Source of the DNA: an uncultured Gemmatimonadales bacterium
GTDB lineage: Bacteria; Gemmatimonadota; Gemmatimonadetes; Gemmatimonadales; GWC2-71-9
Direction of reading: 5' to 3'
Length of the DNA: 64,000 bases
Assembly: GCA_963792265.1 (NCBI GenBank)
Contig: CAWBVP010000018.1
Location: 16,841 to 80,840 of the forward strand
A program made the translations under genes and the position numbers. Below are positions 61,524 through 64,000 of the stretch, in pieces. Under the pieces are notes generated by a model, which was not told the origin of the DNA, searched no databases, and saw only the letters and a list, made by a program, of their open reading frames with translations. How positions within the stretch are numbered: the first letter of the stretch is position 1; every line of letters begins with the position of its first letter.

Positions 61524-62655
61524 GCGAAAACCTTGAACCCTTTCTGATGCTCAAGCCGGCTAACAATTTCTCCATGGCTGCGACGGTAACTCCCCACGAG
61601 GTACCGGACAGGACCCGGCGCATACCCGCTGCCCGCCGGGCTCGTTCTTCCGGTCCAGCGGCAAGAGCCGCGTTGCAGGCAGCGAGGAACTCTTCCGCCG
61701 TACCGCCCAAATAGACGATGTCCCCGTAGGGCTCGGCCACGTCGGTGATCGGGGTACTCACGATGGGAAGCTCCGCCGCCATGTATTCCAGCGTCTTCGT
61801 GGGGCTGATGAACCGGGTAGCGTCATTCCGCGCGAACGGGAGCAGACAGACATCCCAACCCGCGAGATAGCGGGGAAGCTCCTCGTACGAGCGCTGTCCG
61901 AAGTAATGGATGTTCGGGCGACGGGGCAGACTGGCGGGATCGATCTTGACCACGGGCCCGACCAGGACGATCTGCCAATCCGGCCGGGCCCGAGCCACAG
62001 TATCCAACAGCGCCAGGTCGAGCCGTTCATCGATGACGCCATAAAAGCCCAGCCGTGGGTGCGGGAGCCCGGCCTGATCCGAGGCTTCTGACAACCCCTC
62101 CCGTGCCTGGCGGAAATGCCCGGCATCCACGCTGCTTGGAAAACAGTGCACGTTCGGGTGCCGCGCCTGCTTGGCGCGGTAGAGGCTGGGTCCTCCAGTG
62201 AACATCACGTCCGCACACTCCAGCAAGGCCGCCTCCCGGCTGAGTAGCTCGGGTGGCGCTCCCAGGAAGAGCGACAGCTCGTCCATACAGTCGTACGCTA
62301 TCGCAGCGGGACCGAGGGCTTCGGCCAGAGGCAGTGCCATGGGGGTATAGAGCCAGGCCAGCACGGTAGTACCTGCCAGCTCCGCCGCCAGCTCGGCGAT
62401 GAGCGGCTCGAGTGCCGGCAGCTGATCAGCATGGAAGCCCGGCGCCTCGATCGGTGTCCGGGGCTTGAGCACGGTCACGTTAGGGTGGGGACTGCTTCGC
62501 TCCCAGCGGGCTGGAGCTTCACGATCCAGCTCCGGCTCCTCGACAAAAAATACCGGTCGGGTGGAGGCGAGCCGGGAAAGTAGATGTTGAGGGCGCTGAT
62601 AGACGAAATTCCAGCGGAGATGGGAGAATGCGACAATCGAGTACTGAGGCTGCAT
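61513..62655 (-). CDS. glycosyltransferase (GT-B fold, family 1/4-like)
   Basis: The ATG at 62655 gives MQPQYSIVAFSHLRWNFVYQRPQHLLSRL. The C-terminal region reads ISPTKTLEYMAAELPIVST. It overlaps the downstream gene by 11 nt. Confidence 0.75.
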   Translation of the reverse strand: MQPQYSIVAFSHLRWNFVYQRPQHLLSRLASTRPVFFVEEPELDREAPARWERSSPHPNVTVLKPRTPIEAPGFHADQLPALEPLIAELAAELAGTTVLAWLYTPMALPLAEALGPAAIAYDCMDELSLFLGAPPELLSREAALLECADVMFTGGPSLYRAKQARHPNVHCFPSSVDAGHFRQAREGLSEASDQAGLPHPRLGFYGVIDERLDLALLDTVARARPDWQIVLVGPVVKIDPASLPRRPNIHYFGQRSYEELPRYLAGWDVCLLPFARNDATRFISPTKTLEYMAAELPIVSTPITDVAEPYGDIVYLGGTAEEFLAACNAALAAGPEERARRAAGMRRVLSGTSWGVTVAAMEKLLAGLSIRKGSRFSHAT

Positions 62656-62986
62656 GCTGCGCTCGTGCGTTAGCGAATAGACTCTGCCCGACCGATCTTG
62701 TGGGTACGCTTTAGGACAATCCTCCTTCTCCCCGGAGCCATCCCGCAGCTCCGGCAAGCTCGAGTGGAACTCGATAGGCTTGAGGAAGGGCCGTTGCCTT
62801 CACTGCGGCTTTAACGACGGGGCCAATTTGACCACTCGGCCGAATCATTTCGGGGTCCGGTACCTCATTCAACTTGTGAGTCTCATCACAGAACCCTCGT
62901 GGAAGATTCACACTTTGTCAACGCATAGAGAGGCGCCAGATTTCGACGTGCTCTTACGCGATTGATCCCGCGCCTCGGAGGAGTCT

Positions 62987-63872
62987 ATGGCTGGCACGAA
63001 AACACTCATCGGCGGTCTGACCCTGGGGGCCGGACTGGCGTACTTGTTGGATCCCGATCTCGGCAGATTCCGCCGTGATCGGCTGGCCAAGACGCTGAGC
63101 CCGTTGCTGGAGGAGGCCCGTCGTGCTCTCCAGTCGGGGGCGGGTGAATCGTATGGTACGGGGCTGCTTCGCTATGGCGCCCGGATCGGCGATATCCAGG
63201 GCCTCGGAGCTGGCCACCTTGAATCTCTCCGGTCTGCGATCCTTCACCGATCCGGTTTCCACGACGGCGCTGCGGGTGCTCGGGGGGGCGCTGGCGGTCT
63301 ACGGCCTCACCCGCCGCGGCACCTTCGGAGCCCTGCTCCGGACCGTTGGAGCCGGCATGCTGGTTGGGGCTACCGGCCGGGATGCGTTTACCGGGTCGGG
63401 TCTTCCCACCCTCGACCGCCGCCGGGCGGTGGATATCCAGAAGACCTTGCACATCGATGCCCCGGTGGAACAGGTCTACGAGTTCTGGAGCAACTACGAG
63501 AATTTCCCGCTCTTCATGTCTCACGTCCGCGAAGTGGAAGACCTGGGAGAGGGACGGTCCCACTGGAGCGTCAGCGGGCCGGGCGGCGTGCCGATCGAGT
63601 GGCACGCGACGGTGACACAGCAGACGCCCAACGAGGTCATCGCCTGGCGGAGCGAGCCCGGCTCGATGCTGGAGAACGCGGGGATCATCCGTTTCGTCCC
63701 CACCGGAGCGGGCACCAGAGTAGACCTGCGATTCTGCTATCATCCGCCTGCCGGCGGGGCGGGACAGGCAGTGGCCGAACTGCTGGGCTCCGACCCGCGG
63801 GGGAAGCTGAACGAGGACCTTGGGCGGATGAAGGCCCTGCTCGAGGCAACTACGAGGAGCAAGGAGTCATGA
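62987..63872 (+). pseudogene. membrane-anchored SRPBCC (cyclase/dehydrase-like) protein; frameshift around 63100-63200
   Basis: GGAGGAG lies upstream of the ATG at 62987, which gives MAGTKTLIGGLTLGAGLAYLLDPDLGRFRRDRL. That frame has no stop within the window, so it is not in the track. The rest is in the 63123 frame: LRVLGGALAVYGLTRRG ... IDAPVEQVYEFWSNYENFPLFMSHV... Confidence 0.7.
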
Positions 63873-64000
63873 GCAAGAACATCAGCCGGAAGTTCGCGGC
63901 CATGAGCGAGGAGGAGCGCCGGAGCTTCGCCCTCGAAGAGGACGCGGGGACTCGCGAGCTCCCGAGCCAGCTGGATTTTGAGGAGCCCCGGGACCCGGAA
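63869..64000 (+). CDS. hypothetical protein, N-terminal part only
   Basis: ATGA overlap with the previous stop. MSKNISRKFAAMSEEERRSFALEEDAGTRELPSQLDFEEPRDPE is open to the window end. Confidence 0.4.
   Translation, partial: MSKNISRKFAAMSEEERRSFALEEDAGTRELPSQLDFEEPRDPE

Noticed and set aside
1-64000. tRNA, rRNA, tmRNA, prophage, IS or integron content.
   Set aside because: Reading the intergenic regions, I saw no cloverleaf-like or rRNA-like sequences, and no integrase, transposase or phage structural genes among the ORFs. This was a search by eye only, so small RNAs could be missed.

Overview
This is a visibly GC-rich bacterial chromosomal segment (composition judged by eye, not computed). 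I recognised no rRNA, tRNA, CRISPR array, transposase, integrase or phage genes. I count about 60 protein-coding genes, mostly on the minus strand.

Gene content:
- Secreted and envelope functions dominate: peroxiredoxin/DsbA, DPP-IV, Dcp, an S8 peptidase, many lipoproteins, outer-membrane barrels, and a galactose/glyoxal-oxidase-like protein.
- There are three ECF-type sigma modules and two Ser/Thr kinases.
- A ligase-associated DNA-damage-response cluster runs exonuclease, ATP-dependent ligase, DEXH helicase, PdeM.
- A glycan cluster contains a GH2, a tandem GH1-like protein, an FAD oxidoreductase and a glycosyltransferase.

Two things are unusual.
1. Roughly half the genes read through only if the frame is changed one or more times, while the protein sequence on each side stays family-typical. 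This looks more like indel-type assembly error than real decay. I flag these genes as pseudogene/frameshifted and treat their coordinates as approximate.
2. Many intercistronic spaces hold short-period (7-9 bp) tandem arrays arranged as inverted arms around a spacer.
   - One such cassette carries a four-helix-bundle (23S-rRNA-IVS/Avd-like) gene wedged between two convergent stop codons.
   - The arms repeatedly supply the stop codon of the upstream gene.

Two more repeats stand out. One is a roughly 600-bp array with a 21-bp period and a GATC in almost every unit. The other is a roughly 200-bp MITE-like element present in two copies.

A guess of a soil Gemmatimonadota/Acidobacteriota-like organism is inference only.
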